DNA from: a virus
Lineage: Duplodnaviria > Caudoviricetes
Reading direction: 5' to 3' (one strand)
Virus record (IMG/VR): IMGVR_UViG_3300043418_000125
Coordinates: 1 to 54,147 of that record
Length of the DNA stretch: 54,147 nt
The translations under genes and the position numbers were made by a program. Shown here in pieces: positions 34,423 through 45,129 of the stretch; within the stretch, counting starts at the first letter, position 1; each line of letters starts with the position of its first letter. The notes beneath the pieces were generated by a model that was not told where the DNA came from, searched no databases, and saw nothing but the letters and a program-made list of their open reading frames with translations.

Positions 34423-37400
34423 CTATTTGGATCGAGCCATCTTGATTCGAGCCTCCTCGACCTGTTTGGCATAGTCTGTTCGGAGCTGTTGAATGCGCTC
34501 AATCTCGAGCCGCTTCTCAGCGCCGGACATCGTGGCGTCATCCTCGACTACCTTGAGCTGCTTGTTCAGCTTGGATAGGCTATCCGAGGCTTTGGCGTAC
34601 AGCTTGCTCATGGAAATCTGGTCGCCCTTCTCTTCGGCAATCGCCTCAGCCCGTTTGTACTGGCCAAGGTTGATGAAGTTCTGGTAGTCGGCCACCGCAG
34701 TCGCAGCTTCCTTGGCGTTCTCGTAGAACGAGGTGACGTACTTCGACTGGCCTTGCGGCATGGTCTTCACGTAGTTTCCCACCACCAAGAAGTCGTCGAT
34801 GCGCTCAAAGCGCGATGACTCACCTGGCTTGAGCGGAGCAACCGCCATGTTCGATGTCGCCTGCATGGCGGTACCGACCCAACCCAAATACCCCCGAATG
34901 AGGTAGTCGTACTGGATGGGCGAGAGCTGCATGTTGTCGGCGTTGATCGCCCCGCCGGTGACGGCAGAGGCCATCTCGGCAAACATGCCGTTGATCTTGC
35001 CCAGACCCACCGCCACGGCAGACGTGCCCTGGTTGACTCGGTTGCCAACAGACAGACGCTCCATGCCCATCGACTCGATTGGTCGGCTGGTGAAGCCATC
35101 CTTGTTGCGAGCGATGTCGTACACGGGGCGAACAATCTGGGGCACAGGGTTGATGGCCAGGTTGTCAGCGAACACCGCCAACAGACGGCGACCGAACACC
35201 TTGCCTTCCACGTTCTTGTCCACGAGCTGCTCGGTAAAGCGCTCGACGATGGTCTCGAAGGCGCCCATCTCGAATGGCTTGGGGATGCGCAGGCCGGTCT
35301 TGGTGCCAGGCACCTTGAACCAGAAGAACGCGTCACGTTCCCAATCCTCCAGCGCCTTGTAGTCGTCGTCATCCTTCTGGCTGAGGTACAGCACGATGCC
35401 GAACATCGTGATGGCGCCCAACACAGCAGAGAACTTCGCGGCTTTCTGGCGCTCGGACTCTGTTGCATTTCCGCTGAGAGACTGAACCACTGGGTCTAAG
35501 CCGTCGCGGCCGAGCTTGTACAGGCCCTGCAAGCGAGCATTGAAGTACGGCAGGATTTGGGACAGATACCGCACTGCAACAAAGCCACCTTGCAGCGAGA
35601 AGTCCTGCAAGTCACGGGCAGCGTATGCGGCCTCGAGGTGGGTGGCACCGTTCGCACGGAGCTGGTTGTACAAAGCGAGGCGGTTGGAGTTTTCCATCGC
35701 GTCACTGATTTCGTCGTATTTGTCCCACACACCCTTGAAGGCTTCCTTCACCTTGGTCTCGGTGGTGAGGATGTCCTTGTTGGGAACGCCCTTGCGGATG
35801 AGGTGCTTCACATTGGAGGCAGCATCACCGTCAAAGGCGTTGCCCATTGCAAAGATGCCGCCGCCAGCCAGAGCTGAGGCGCGGTCATCTTTGTACGCAC
35901 GCCATCCTTCGATGACGTTGGCGATGGGGTTCTTATTCAGCTCGGAGATGCCGATGGACTGAACAGAGTCGCGGATCAAGTTGTTGATCTTGAACGTGGG
36001 GCTGAGGGAGATGAAGCGAGTCAGCGTGGTCTTGAACTCGCGAGCCGTGTTCGTCCAGAAGCCGTAGCTAGGCACGCTGGCCACCGCATCCAGCGAGGCC
36101 AACAGGAACTCGTCGTCAATGCGCCAGTGTTGCTCTTTGCCATCGACCATCGTCTTGACAGAATCCTTCTCGGCGACTTTGAGTTTGGTCACAATGCCGC
36201 CCATCTGCATGGCAGAGTTGAGCGTTTCATTCGCAGCTTCGTTTTTCATCGACGCAGACAAAATGTGCGACCAGTTCATCAGCACGTTTTCCATCAGGTC
36301 GTTGAGCGGACGCTCGGAGCCTTTGAGCTTCTTCGACAGGTACTGGCCAACGGCAGCAGTGGATGTCTGGGCACCCGACAGGCTGCGGTCGTCATCCATG
36401 TTGCGGTAGAACGGCACGTACCAAATGTCAGACGAGAAGCGCTTGTACGCTGCCTCGTCAATGAGACCGTTGGTGCGAGCGATGTCGAGAACAGAGCGGT
36501 TCAGCTCGTTCATCTGTTGCAGGGTGTTGACGTACAGCGCCGCGCGCGACTTGCCATCTTTGGTCGTGCCCAGGTTGAGCTTCTTCAACTCAGCAATCTC
36601 GTCGTCCTTGAAGAAGTGTTCGCGGTCAGACTTCTTCAACTCGCCTGCGCGGTTGGCAGCAATCCACAGCAGGAAGCGGTCAACCTCGATGCCGAGCGGT
36701 TGCAAGACTTCGAGCAGACCCTTGGTGCCCTTCTTGATGTTGAGAGCGCCATCGTCGTTGAACACCTGGCCGTAGTGCAGCAGCGCGGAGACAGCGCCGT
36801 CTTGTGGGCCGTTCGACATGCGCAGCTTCATGTACGCCTTCATGTCCAGGTCGCGCACAGAGCGGAACTTATCGAAGGTGCCCTGCACCACGCGCAGCCA
36901 GAAGCGAGGCTTCAATGCCTCAAGGCGCTCTTGGATTGATGGAGGCGAGTAGTGACCCTTGGCCAACGCAATGGCGCGTGCCTTGGGTGAGAGGTCGTCG
37001 TACTGAGCCTCGTAGTCGTGGCGACGGAACATGGGCAAGCCATCCTCAGCCACGATCTGTTGCAGCTTCTCGGGAATGACGAAGCCGAGCTGTTGCCCAG
37101 TGCCTTCGATGTTCATCACCTCAACCTTGCCGCCCATCTCTTTCTTGCCAATCAAATCCTTTACCACAGACGGTACGGTCTGGTTGTAGTAGCTGGCCAC
37201 GCCATCGCCACCAATGTCCATCTCTTCGCCGACCAGCTCGAGCGTGCCGCCATCGTTGATGGCTTTGTTGGCCAAGTCCTTGCCGACCGTAGCCGACAGT
37301 TCTTTCTGGCCGACACCCTTCTGGTTGATGACGCTGGCACCAGCCTTGTTGCCCACCACGTCGAACGTGCCGTCATCGTTTTGTTTGATGGTCAGCTTGT

Positions 37401-40400
37401 CAACAGAGTTCGACAGTTTGTAGCGGTCAACCTGTTGCTCGCCGGTAGTCCATGCGATGCGGTTGATACCCTGCTCTTGGGCGTAGGCAATCGCACGCTT
37501 CAACAGAAGCGCAGTCCATGCCTTCGTGTCTTTCATCATCGGCGCGTCGGGCACCTTGCCCTCTTCGTTGCCGAAGCCAAGCTCGCGACCGTCTTGGCCA
37601 CGCTGGCTTTGAATCTCTTCAAGGAACAGAACGTCGTTGCCGTCCATATCCTTGCGCTGGTTCATGCGAACCCAACCGAGGTGCTTGCCACCTGACTCTG
37701 GGCCGAAGTGGATCTCGTCAAAGTCTTTGTACGGCTTGGTGCGGCCGGACGGTTCGGTGACGATGAGTTCGACGTAGTTCTTGCCACCGGCCAATGTGTA
37801 CTGGCGGTGCTTGGTGCCCTGCAACAGACGAGGGTCGAGCGACAGCTCATCAATCATCTCCTCGCGGGTCAGGTCGATGTCTTCCTCGAGCGTGCCAGTC
37901 TGGTCGGCGTACATTGAGCGGATGTCTTCGTCGCTCAGGCGCTTACCGGCGCCACTGAGAATGACGTCGTTCAGGTGCAGCTTGTTGCCAGCAATGAAGT
38001 CCAGAACCTGTTGCTTCGTGACCTTGCCGGTTTGCATGGCCAGCCAGTCGTTCACGCCAGTCCATTTGATTTCCTCTTCGCGCACGCCAGGGAGCTTGCC
38101 GATGATGGCAACCCAGTCCTTCGCCTGTGCGGATTCCTGCTTGGCAGCGCGTGTGGCACGCTCAAGCGCTGAGTAGAAGGTCGGAGCCTTGCCACGCATC
38201 TGGCCTTCCAGCATGGATGCGTCAGCGGCCTTTGTACCGCCCTTACCTTCTTCACCTTCGCCATCGACAACGAACTTGCGTGCGTTGCGAACGAGCTGGT
38301 TAATCTCGTTGTTGCTGGCGTAGGCAATGTTGAATGTCTCACGCAGCCATTTGCGGATGGCGGCGTAGATCGTGCGCAGTGCAGACTTGGCATCGGCATC
38401 GAGCTTGTCGCCCTTCTCCGCCATGTCGGCCAAGACTTCCTCGGTGGCCTCCTCGAGTGCGAGACCTTCTTTGACCATCATGGCTTCTGCACGCTGGCGA
38501 ACAGTCTTGTTGCCGTTGAACAGACCACGCATGGTCTCTGCGTGCTTCTCGCCCAGGATCGAGCGCAAGCCGAAGTGGCCTGCGATTTCGTGAGCGATGG
38601 TCAGGATGGCGTCGTTGGCGTTGTGGATGTTGCCAGCAACCAAGTACACCTTGCCATTGAGGTAGATGCCTGGCACCTTGTTGGCCATACCGGCGCGTTT
38701 GATGCGAGTTAGCGTTTTGATCGGCAGGTCATCCTCTGTCTCGAGAACAACCACGTTGGGCATGTTTGCCCACTCGCCAGTCATCTTGGCCAAGACCTTC
38801 TTGACATCGGCCTTGTTCATGCCGGTGTCGCCAACCGTGGTCACACGGTAGTGAGCCTTGTAGCCTTTGTTGAGCTGCGCAATTTCGTTCAGCTCGCGCA
38901 TGGCACCGATGAAGTCACCAGATTCCGCCATCTCTTTCAGGCGAATCTCGTCCTCCATATCCAAGGCGTTGTCGTTGTACGCCTTGTCGATGCGCTCAAT
39001 AGCCTTCTTGAGCTTTACAGGGTCAACCTTCGGGCTGGCCTTCTTTACTTCTGGTTCGGGTTCTGAGCGCTGCTCAGTTGGCGCTTCGCCAGTTCGTTCT
39101 TCACTATTCTGGCTCGGGCTTTCGGTGCGAGCTTGCTCAGTGCCACCATCCCCTTCAACAGATTTTGCTTCCTTAGCTTGTCGAGCGACTTCATCATTGA
39201 TTTCTTCCTCAGTGAATCCAAGCGCCAGCATAGCTGAACGCAGGTCAGTATTGCTCTCGCCACCAATGGCGATTGCATCGTCAATGTCGAACAAGCTGGC
39301 ATCGTCCAGCTCGCCCACGTATTGCATGGCTTCGCGCTCTGCCGCCTCGTAGCCATCGTCACCTTCGTCTAAGAAGGCTTGGTCTTCTGCATCTTCCTGC
39401 TCGCGCTGGCGCTGCTCCTCCATGCGCTGTGCAAGGATGTCATCAGCGTCGTCGCCGTACAGGGGTGCAATCTTCTCACCGCGCATGGCGCGTTGGATGA
39501 GTGCATAGATTTCGTCTTGGCCACCGATGGCGTCCTTGGGCAAGAAGCCACGCTCGGCAGCGTAGGTCTGCAAGTCATCCAGCGACAGTCCGGTCTTGCG
39601 GAACACAGGGCCGTAGCCAGACGCCATGAATGCGCGGCGCTCTTTGATGCCAGGGGCAAACTCCAGCACGACATCGAGCTTGATGCCGTAACGGCCGAGG
39701 AACGCCTTGAATGGGTTGTCCTTGGCCAGAGCTGAACGCAGGCGATCACCAGCAGAGCGTTTCTTTTCTTCCTTGGTCTGTTCGACTTTGGGAGTTTCAT
39801 CGACATGTTTTGCAGACGTGTCGTTTTCAGGCTCGGCTTTCGACACGACAGGCTCGGCCTTTGGTTCAGCCTTGGTTTCCTCGGCCTTTACTACCGGAGC
39901 TTGTGGCGCTGCTACCGGAGCTGGCTGCGCTGCTACCGGAGCGGCTGCTGGCTTCTGCTCGAGCGCGAGGGGTTTGCCCTTCACGCCATCCTTCACCCAT
40001 GACTTGAATGCCGCCATAGGCATTTCGCTGATGGCGCCCAAGCCAGTCCAGCCTGGGGTGTAGTTGGCCAAGTACGCCTTGCGTGCCTCGGCCTCGGTGT
40101 TGAAACCGACAAGCGCCTTGTGTTCGTCGAAGCTGCCGTCTTTGTTTACTTGGTCAACGACGAACACCTTCTTGCTGCCAGGGTTGCCGCCGATGAAGAC
40201 GTCAACGTGGTCTTTGTCTTTGCCGACAGTGCCCTTGATGTAGCCATAGTGGTTGGCCATCGTGTTCTTCCACTCGGTACCGTCAGGAGACTTACCGCTG
40301 CGCTCGGAGCCAGCAGGGTTCTCGATGGCGATACGCAAGCCGCCCACAAACTTCGGTGGGAGGTGCCCCTTCTTGTAGACGCCAGACTTCTTCTGGGCCT

Positions 40401-42477
40401 CAGTGGGTTGTGGCGTGTCATTGAGCGGACTGGTCGCAGCTTGGTGCGCAGCCTCGTCGATCTGCTCGACAGCGGATGGGGTCTCAGGTTTCTTGCGGCC
40501 CTCGATGAAATAGAACATGCCACCGCCAGCAGCCTTGGCTCTCTTGCCTTGGCGAATCTGGAACTCCATGTCATCAACAGAGCTTGCGTAACCACCCTCT
40601 CGTTGACCAGTTTCCTTGTTCTTGGGGCCGAGCAAAAAGGTCTCGGCTTGGGCCATGCTCACAAACTTGTTGCCCACGGTCTGTTGGCCAACCTGGAACG
40701 TAGGCATGACGTCGTAGCCTTCCTTGCGAGCCACCAGGTCTTCTGGTGACATGGCCACGGTACCGGCTTGGTTTGTGGTCTCAGGCAGAACGACAGGTTG
40801 AGCCTCACCTTCGAGGGTTTTGGTTTCCTCGTTGGGGGTCACGCTGTCGCGGCGAATCACTGGGTCTGTTGCGCCAGTATTGCTGCCGATGCCGGTCGAT
40901 GCCGTGTCGCCATAGGCAGCACGCACATCCTCGCCACGCTCTTTGGTGCGCTTGGCCTGCTCCTCTGGGGTGACAGGCTCGACACCACTGAGCATCTCTT
41001 TTACGCGCATGGCTTGCGTCACCACAGCGTCGAAGCGTGGGTCATCAGACGACTCAATGCCAGCGGCACGCAGGGCGGCAGCTACCTTGGGGTCGTCTTG
41101 GAATGCAGCGAAGACTTCGGCGCGGCCGTCCTCAGTGGATAGCTTCTGCTCAAACATCGAACGAGCTTGCTCGATGGTCATCTTCTGGTCTTCGCCCTCG
41201 CCACCCTTCTTGCCGAAGGCGCCCTTACCTGCACCGAACAGCACGCCACCCACCGCACCGGCAGCAGCCGAGTCGATGTAGTCGCGGATGGCTTCGGATG
41301 TGGCCAGGTCTTTACCGGCGCCAAAGCGCTCAAAGCCGGTTTGCACAGCTTCGGTGGTGGACTCACGCAAGCCACCCTTGAATGATTCAACAGCCAGGTT
41401 GCGCACCAGGCCGTTGCCGCCGAGGGCTTTCGTTAAACCCTTCACGGCAAACAGATCAGATACCGTGTCTGTTGCAGCGGCAAGGACGGCACCCGTCCAC
41501 ACTCGGCCCAGATCAACGTCACCACCTTTGGCGGCATCCTTGGCGTCGCCGTAGATGGACGCGCCTTCCATTGCGAGGTTCTGGCCAGACACGGCAGCGG
41601 CTGCGCCGACGCCCTTCATAACCGACTGCGCTGCTTGGGTATAGGCGAGCTTCTCCGCTTCGGCAGCGGCCATGCCCTTGCCTGCGTTGACAGCGATGTT
41701 CTTGGCGACCTCACCCTCGAGCTTGGCAGCGATCAGTTTCTTGATGCCGGTCTGTGCTGCGCCGCGCGCAAACGTGCCTTCGACAGCGCCTGCAACGGTA
41801 CCGGCGCCAGGCAGGACAGAACCAACAGCAGCGCCAGCACCGGCCGCAACCAGTGTCTGCGCAGCTTGGCCAACAGCATAGCCGCCCCAGTATTTGAAGA
41901 AGTCACCGAACGACGCCTTGCCGTCCATGACATTGCTGAACGACTCATAGTCCTGCGCATCCTTCTGGGACTCCTCTTTGATGCCCTTGTAAGAGTCATA
42001 CAACTTGCCCGAGGTTTCCTTGGCGCCAACAGTGTCAGCCAACAAGGCTGCACCACCGACCGCCATCTCTTTGGCCGAGTCAATGCCGCCAGCCTTCAAG
42101 CCGCGAGCTGTTGGCCCCGACGCTGGTTCAGCGGGTTTCTGGGTCTCAGTCTGGGCAGGCTCACTCCATGAGCCTGGCACTGCGAACGAGATGCTTGGAG
42201 AATCTGTTGCAGTCTGTTTGGGTTGCGACACAGGCTTGATCGGCGCACCTGCCAGCGAAGCGGGGAATGCAAATGAGATAGGAGCTGGAACTGGAGCTGC
42301 GGCTTGCGTGTTGTCAGGTAGCGGCTCAACCTTGCGAGACAACTGAGGGTCAGTCTTCTCCTTGAGGCCAAGCACATCCTGGCGGAGCGCCGTCTTGCTA
42401 TCCAAGAACAACCCGTCCGAGTCGTCTTCCTGAGTACGAAGCAAAGGGGCGGGGCGCCCCAGTCGCAGATCATCCAT
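34423..42477 (-). CDS. giant polyvalent internal virion/ejection protein (2684 aa)
   Basis: InPase-like domain (IENPAGSERSG...HYGYIKGT.GKDKDHVDVF...FDEHK), HEIAGH metallopeptidase-like motif, FYSALE domain, LPD38-like C-terminus (LRIPKPFEMG); last gene of the virion operon. Confidence 0.85.
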   Translation of the reverse strand: MDDLRLGRPAPLLRTQEDDSDGLFLDSKTALRQDVLGLKEKTDPQLSRKVEPLPDNTQAAAPVPAPISFAFPASLAGAPIKPVSQPKQTATDSPSISFAVPGSWSEPAQTETQKPAEPASGPTARGLKAGGIDSAKEMAVGGAALLADTVGAKETSGKLYDSYKGIKEESQKDAQDYESFSNVMDGKASFGDFFKYWGGYAVGQAAQTLVAAGAGAAVGSVLPGAGTVAGAVEGTFARGAAQTGIKKLIAAKLEGEVAKNIAVNAGKGMAAAEAEKLAYTQAAQSVMKGVGAAAAVSGQNLAMEGASIYGDAKDAAKGGDVDLGRVWTGAVLAAATDTVSDLFAVKGLTKALGGNGLVRNLAVESFKGGLRESTTEAVQTGFERFGAGKDLATSEAIRDYIDSAAAGAVGGVLFGAGKGAFGKKGGEGEDQKMTIEQARSMFEQKLSTEDGRAEVFAAFQDDPKVAAALRAAGIESSDDPRFDAVVTQAMRVKEMLSGVEPVTPEEQAKRTKERGEDVRAAYGDTASTGIGSNTGATDPVIRRDSVTPNEETKTLEGEAQPVVLPETTNQAGTVAMSPEDLVARKEGYDVMPTFQVGQQTVGNKFVSMAQAETFLLGPKNKETGQREGGYASSVDDMEFQIRQGKRAKAAGGGMFYFIEGRKKPETPSAVEQIDEAAHQAATSPLNDTPQPTEAQKKSGVYKKGHLPPKFVGGLRIAIENPAGSERSGKSPDGTEWKNTMANHYGYIKGTVGKDKDHVDVFIGGNPGSKKVFVVDQVNKDGSFDEHKALVGFNTEAEARKAYLANYTPGWTGLGAISEMPMAAFKSWVKDGVKGKPLALEQKPAAAPVAAQPAPVAAPQAPVVKAEETKAEPKAEPVVSKAEPENDTSAKHVDETPKVEQTKEEKKRSAGDRLRSALAKDNPFKAFLGRYGIKLDVVLEFAPGIKERRAFMASGYGPVFRKTGLSLDDLQTYAAERGFLPKDAIGGQDEIYALIQRAMRGEKIAPLYGDDADDILAQRMEEQRQREQEDAEDQAFLDEGDDGYEAAEREAMQYVGELDDASLFDIDDAIAIGGESNTDLRSAMLALGFTEEEINDEVARQAKEAKSVEGDGGTEQARTESPSQNSEERTGEAPTEQRSEPEPEVKKASPKVDPVKLKKAIERIDKAYNDNALDMEDEIRLKEMAESGDFIGAMRELNEIAQLNKGYKAHYRVTTVGDTGMNKADVKKVLAKMTGEWANMPNVVVLETEDDLPIKTLTRIKRAGMANKVPGIYLNGKVYLVAGNIHNANDAILTIAHEIAGHFGLRSILGEKHAETMRGLFNGNKTVRQRAEAMMVKEGLALEEATEEVLADMAEKGDKLDADAKSALRTIYAAIRKWLRETFNIAYASNNEINQLVRNARKFVVDGEGEEGKGGTKAADASMLEGQMRGKAPTFYSALERATRAAKQESAQAKDWVAIIGKLPGVREEEIKWTGVNDWLAMQTGKVTKQQVLDFIAGNKLHLNDVILSGAGKRLSDEDIRSMYADQTGTLEEDIDLTREEMIDELSLDPRLLQGTKHRQYTLAGGKNYVELIVTEPSGRTKPYKDFDEIHFGPESGGKHLGWVRMNQRKDMDGNDVLFLEEIQSQRGQDGRELGFGNEEGKVPDAPMMKDTKAWTALLLKRAIAYAQEQGINRIAWTTGEQQVDRYKLSNSVDKLTIKQNDDGTFDVVGNKAGASVINQKGVGQKELSATVGKDLANKAINDGGTLELVGEEMDIGGDGVASYYNQTVPSVVKDLIGKKEMGGKVEVMNIEGTGQQLGFVIPEKLQQIVAEDGLPMFRRHDYEAQYDDLSPKARAIALAKGHYSPPSIQERLEALKPRFWLRVVQGTFDKFRSVRDLDMKAYMKLRMSNGPQDGAVSALLHYGQVFNDDGALNIKKGTKGLLEVLQPLGIEVDRFLLWIAANRAGELKKSDREHFFKDDEIAELKKLNLGTTKDGKSRAALYVNTLQQMNELNRSVLDIARTNGLIDEAAYKRFSSDIWYVPFYRNMDDDRSLSGAQTSTAAVGQYLSKKLKGSERPLNDLMENVLMNWSHILSASMKNEAANETLNSAMQMGGIVTKLKVAEKDSVKTMVDGKEQHWRIDDEFLLASLDAVASVPSYGFWTNTAREFKTTLTRFISLSPTFKINNLIRDSVQSIGISELNKNPIANVIEGWRAYKDDRASALAGGGIFAMGNAFDGDAASNVKHLIRKGVPNKDILTTETKVKEAFKGVWDKYDEISDAMENSNRLALYNQLRANGATHLEAAYAARDLQDFSLQGGFVAVRYLSQILPYFNARLQGLYKLGRDGLDPVVQSLSGNATESERQKAAKFSAVLGAITMFGIVLYLSQKDDDDYKALEDWERDAFFWFKVPGTKTGLRIPKPFEMGAFETIVERFTEQLVDKNVEGKVFGRRLLAVFADNLAINPVPQIVRPVYDIARNKDGFTSRPIESMGMERLSVGNRVNQGTSAVAVGLGKINGMFAEMASAVTGGAINADNMQLSPIQYDYLIRGYLGWVGTAMQATSNMAVAPLKPGESSRFERIDDFLVVGNYVKTMPQGQSKYVTSFYENAKEAATAVADYQNFINLGQYKRAEAIAEEKGDQISMSKLYAKASDSLSKLNKQLKVVEDDATMSGAEKRLEIERIQQLRTDYAKQVEEARIKMARSK

Positions 42478-42480
42478 TTC

Positions 42481-43878
42481 TTAGTCCTTCGGCAGCAAAA
42501 TCTTCTTACCGTTGATTGTCACGTATGGCAGACCAGATGCTTGGTCAATTCCATCAGCGCCCTTGCCTTCTGCAAATCGACGTTGCAGGACAGGCATCGC
42601 GGAAACGATTGCTGCCGGTGGCACTTTGCGTTCATTGAGCGAGTACAGCGACTGCGCGTAGCTCGACACCTCGCGGCGTTTTTCATGCTCGGCACGGGCC
42701 TTGGCATAGTCTTCACGCTCACGGGGCATCATTGCCGCAATCTCATCCTTCGGCTTGACCTCGAAGTCCTTGACGCCGAACGAGCTGTTGAACATCTTGC
42801 CAGCGCTCTCGTCTTCCTTGAGCTGTTGGGCACGCTCAGTGATGGCGGCGTTGGCAGCGCGTGTGGTCTTGTTGGTCGCAGCGTTGTCTGCGGCACTTGC
42901 GGCGTATGCCTTGGAGTGCAGCATCTGCGCATCGGCCGTCTTCTCCTTGGCGCCAAGCTCTCGGCCTTTGAAGTTGTTCTCGACGTCCATCTGTACCAGA
43001 CGTTCTGGGCTGAGGGTGCCGAGTGCGGCAAAGATGTTGTTGGCAGGGATGTCTTTGGTGGTGGGCTTGCCATCTGGGCCGGTAACAGTCACACCTTTCC
43101 AGACGTGAGTCTGTTCGTCGTAGGTGCCGCCCTTGTAGTTCAAGCCGAGACCGGCCTTCTGGGCAAACTTGCTCACCATGTCCATCGCGCCAGGGTCGCC
43201 ACTGACCACAGCGGCAGAGGCGGCTTTACGCAGCTCGTCTACCGCGCTGTTCTTCCACTCGTCAATCTTCTTGTCGAGTTCCATGCGCTTGTCGAGCTGG
43301 CCAGTCTTCTCGTAAAACTCGCCGTAGATGTTCTTGAGGCCGTCCCAGTACAGGTCATTGGCCTGCTTCTGGTTCTTGTACAAGCCTTCGCCGTTTGACT
43401 TGAAGATGTCCATCTGGCGTTGAGTCATCGACAGAGACTTCTGCTCAGGAGCTGGCGCAGCGGGTGCAGCGGGTGCAGCGGGTTGGCCAGGCGTGCCAAT
43501 GGCCTGCGTTGGGGCAAGCTGAGGTGCTGGCGCTTGGGCTTGAGGATCAGGCTGACCAGTGGAGATGGCTTGCTGGCGTGCGAACTTGGCGTTCTCTGCG
43601 CGGTCGTAGCTGGCATCGGCCAGTTCACCAGTCTGTTTGGCTTCGTCGTTAATCTCGGCGCCTGGCAATTTGCCATTCGCGAATTGCGAACGCCACTGAG
43701 CAGTCTTCTCGCCCACGGCTTTCAGCTCGTCACGAATGCGAGTCTTCTCTTCTTGGTCGCCCTTCTCCCACTCGAAGCGCTGCTTGTCGCGCTCGTCCGC
43801 TTCCATGCGGCGTGTGTTGTCGCCATAGTCTTTGACGCCTTGCGCCATGCCGGTGGCGATTGCTGAAATCACGCTCAT
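42481..43878 (-). CDS. internal virion/ejection protein (putative)
   Basis: 465 aa, helical and Ala/Gln-rich, between two other ejection-type genes. Confidence 0.65.
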   Translation of the reverse strand: MSVISAIATGMAQGVKDYGDNTRRMEADERDKQRFEWEKGDQEEKTRIRDELKAVGEKTAQWRSQFANGKLPGAEINDEAKQTGELADASYDRAENAKFARQQAISTGQPDPQAQAPAPQLAPTQAIGTPGQPAAPAAPAAPAPEQKSLSMTQRQMDIFKSNGEGLYKNQKQANDLYWDGLKNIYGEFYEKTGQLDKRMELDKKIDEWKNSAVDELRKAASAAVVSGDPGAMDMVSKFAQKAGLGLNYKGGTYDEQTHVWKGVTVTGPDGKPTTKDIPANNIFAALGTLSPERLVQMDVENNFKGRELGAKEKTADAQMLHSKAYAASAADNAATNKTTRAANAAITERAQQLKEDESAGKMFNSSFGVKDFEVKPKDEIAAMMPREREDYAKARAEHEKRREVSSYAQSLYSLNERKVPPAAIVSAMPVLQRRFAEGKGADGIDQASGLPYVTINGKKILLPKD

Positions 43879-43880
43879 TC

Positions 43881-45128
43881 TTATGCTCCCTTCAAAGCGC
43901 TGCGGCGCTGTACTGCTGCTGGCGTGTGGGTCTTGGCCACCACCTTGTTGAGCTTGTTGACGCCGATGGCACGCACGGTGTCGGCTGGCAGGACGTACTC
44001 GCCGTTCGACAGCTTGGCGTCGATGACGTCATCCACGGGGCCACCTGGGCCGCGCACTGCGCCACCACCGCGATGAACCTTGCCGCCGTCCGCAAACACC
44101 TTGGCACCCATCGCGCCGTTGGCAGCGCCAGCACCGGTGCCGGTCACGCCGTATCCGATGGCTGCACGCACGCCCATGTTGGTCAAGCCGGACAGAGCCG
44201 AGTCAGCCGCAGCCTGTTGGCCAGCCGCGATCTTGTAGCCGGTACCGTACAAGTTGCCTGCGCCGTAGTACGAGTTCGCAGCGTTGCCCATCTGGCTGCT
44301 GAACGAACCGTAGGCCGAGCCGAGCGCAGCGCCTGGGGCACCGGCGGTACTCAAAGCGGCAGAGCCGGAGTTGACACTCGAGTTGCCAGCCGATGTAGCA
44401 ATGCCGTAAGCAGTAGACGAGTTCGAGGCCAAGTTACGGCCGAGCGATGCAGCGTCCATCTTGCGTGCGTAGCCAAGCTGTTCGGCATTGGTGCGTGCAT
44501 TGGTTGCGGCACCGGCCTTGTCAGCGGCTTCGCCTTGGGCGAGCTGCATGTTCAGCGCGGCAAATCGGTTGGAGTTGGGGTTGACGCCATAGCGTGCCAA
44601 CGTGTCCAGAGCCTGCTTGCGCTGTGCGTCATAGGCTTGGCTGACATCAGCCATACCCTTACGCGCCAGCTCTTCCTGCTTGGCGTCTGTGTTGTAGCTG
44701 TTGGCGTCATCGACCAGACTCTGTTCCAACGGACGGAAGGTGTTCTTCTCGTAGTTGGCATAGTCTTGAGCGCGAGCTTCGTTCGATGCAGCGATGGTGC
44801 TTTGCTGCTTCATGGTGTCGAGCTGCGCCTGGGACACGGCTTCAGCCAAGGGCTTCATGTCGGCATACTGCTGCTTTTGGAAGTCCAGATATTCGCGAGC
44901 GGTCTGCTGCTGAATTTTTGCCGCCTCGGCAGTGGATGCGGCCTGTGCGCTCATGCCTTGGGCTTGGGCGTTGGCTGCGCTCTCCGCGCTGCTCGATGCT
45001 TGGTCGGCGGCAACGTATGTGCCCACCACCATGACAGCAGCGGCAGCCACGTTGCAGAAGCGACGGTTCTGGAACTCGTCATCAAAGTCGCGGTCGCGCT
45101 CCAAGAACGACTTGTGAAGTTTTCGCAT
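43881..45128 (-). CDS. internal virion/ejection protein (415 aa from MRKLHK)
   Basis: Ala/Gly/Gln-rich helices; C-terminal FADGGKV...VRGPGGPVDD.IDAKLSNGEYVLPAD.V. Confidence 0.7.
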   Translation of the reverse strand: MRKLHKSFLERDRDFDDEFQNRRFCNVAAAAVMVVGTYVAADQASSSAESAANAQAQGMSAQAASTAEAAKIQQQTAREYLDFQKQQYADMKPLAEAVSQAQLDTMKQQSTIAASNEARAQDYANYEKNTFRPLEQSLVDDANSYNTDAKQEELARKGMADVSQAYDAQRKQALDTLARYGVNPNSNRFAALNMQLAQGEAADKAGAATNARTNAEQLGYARKMDAASLGRNLASNSSTAYGIATSAGNSSVNSGSAALSTAGAPGAALGSAYGSFSSQMGNAANSYYGAGNLYGTGYKIAAGQQAAADSALSGLTNMGVRAAIGYGVTGTGAGAANGAMGAKVFADGGKVHRGGGAVRGPGGPVDDVIDAKLSNGEYVLPADTVRAIGVNKLNKVVAKTHTPAAVQRRSALKGA

Positions 45129-45129
45129 T

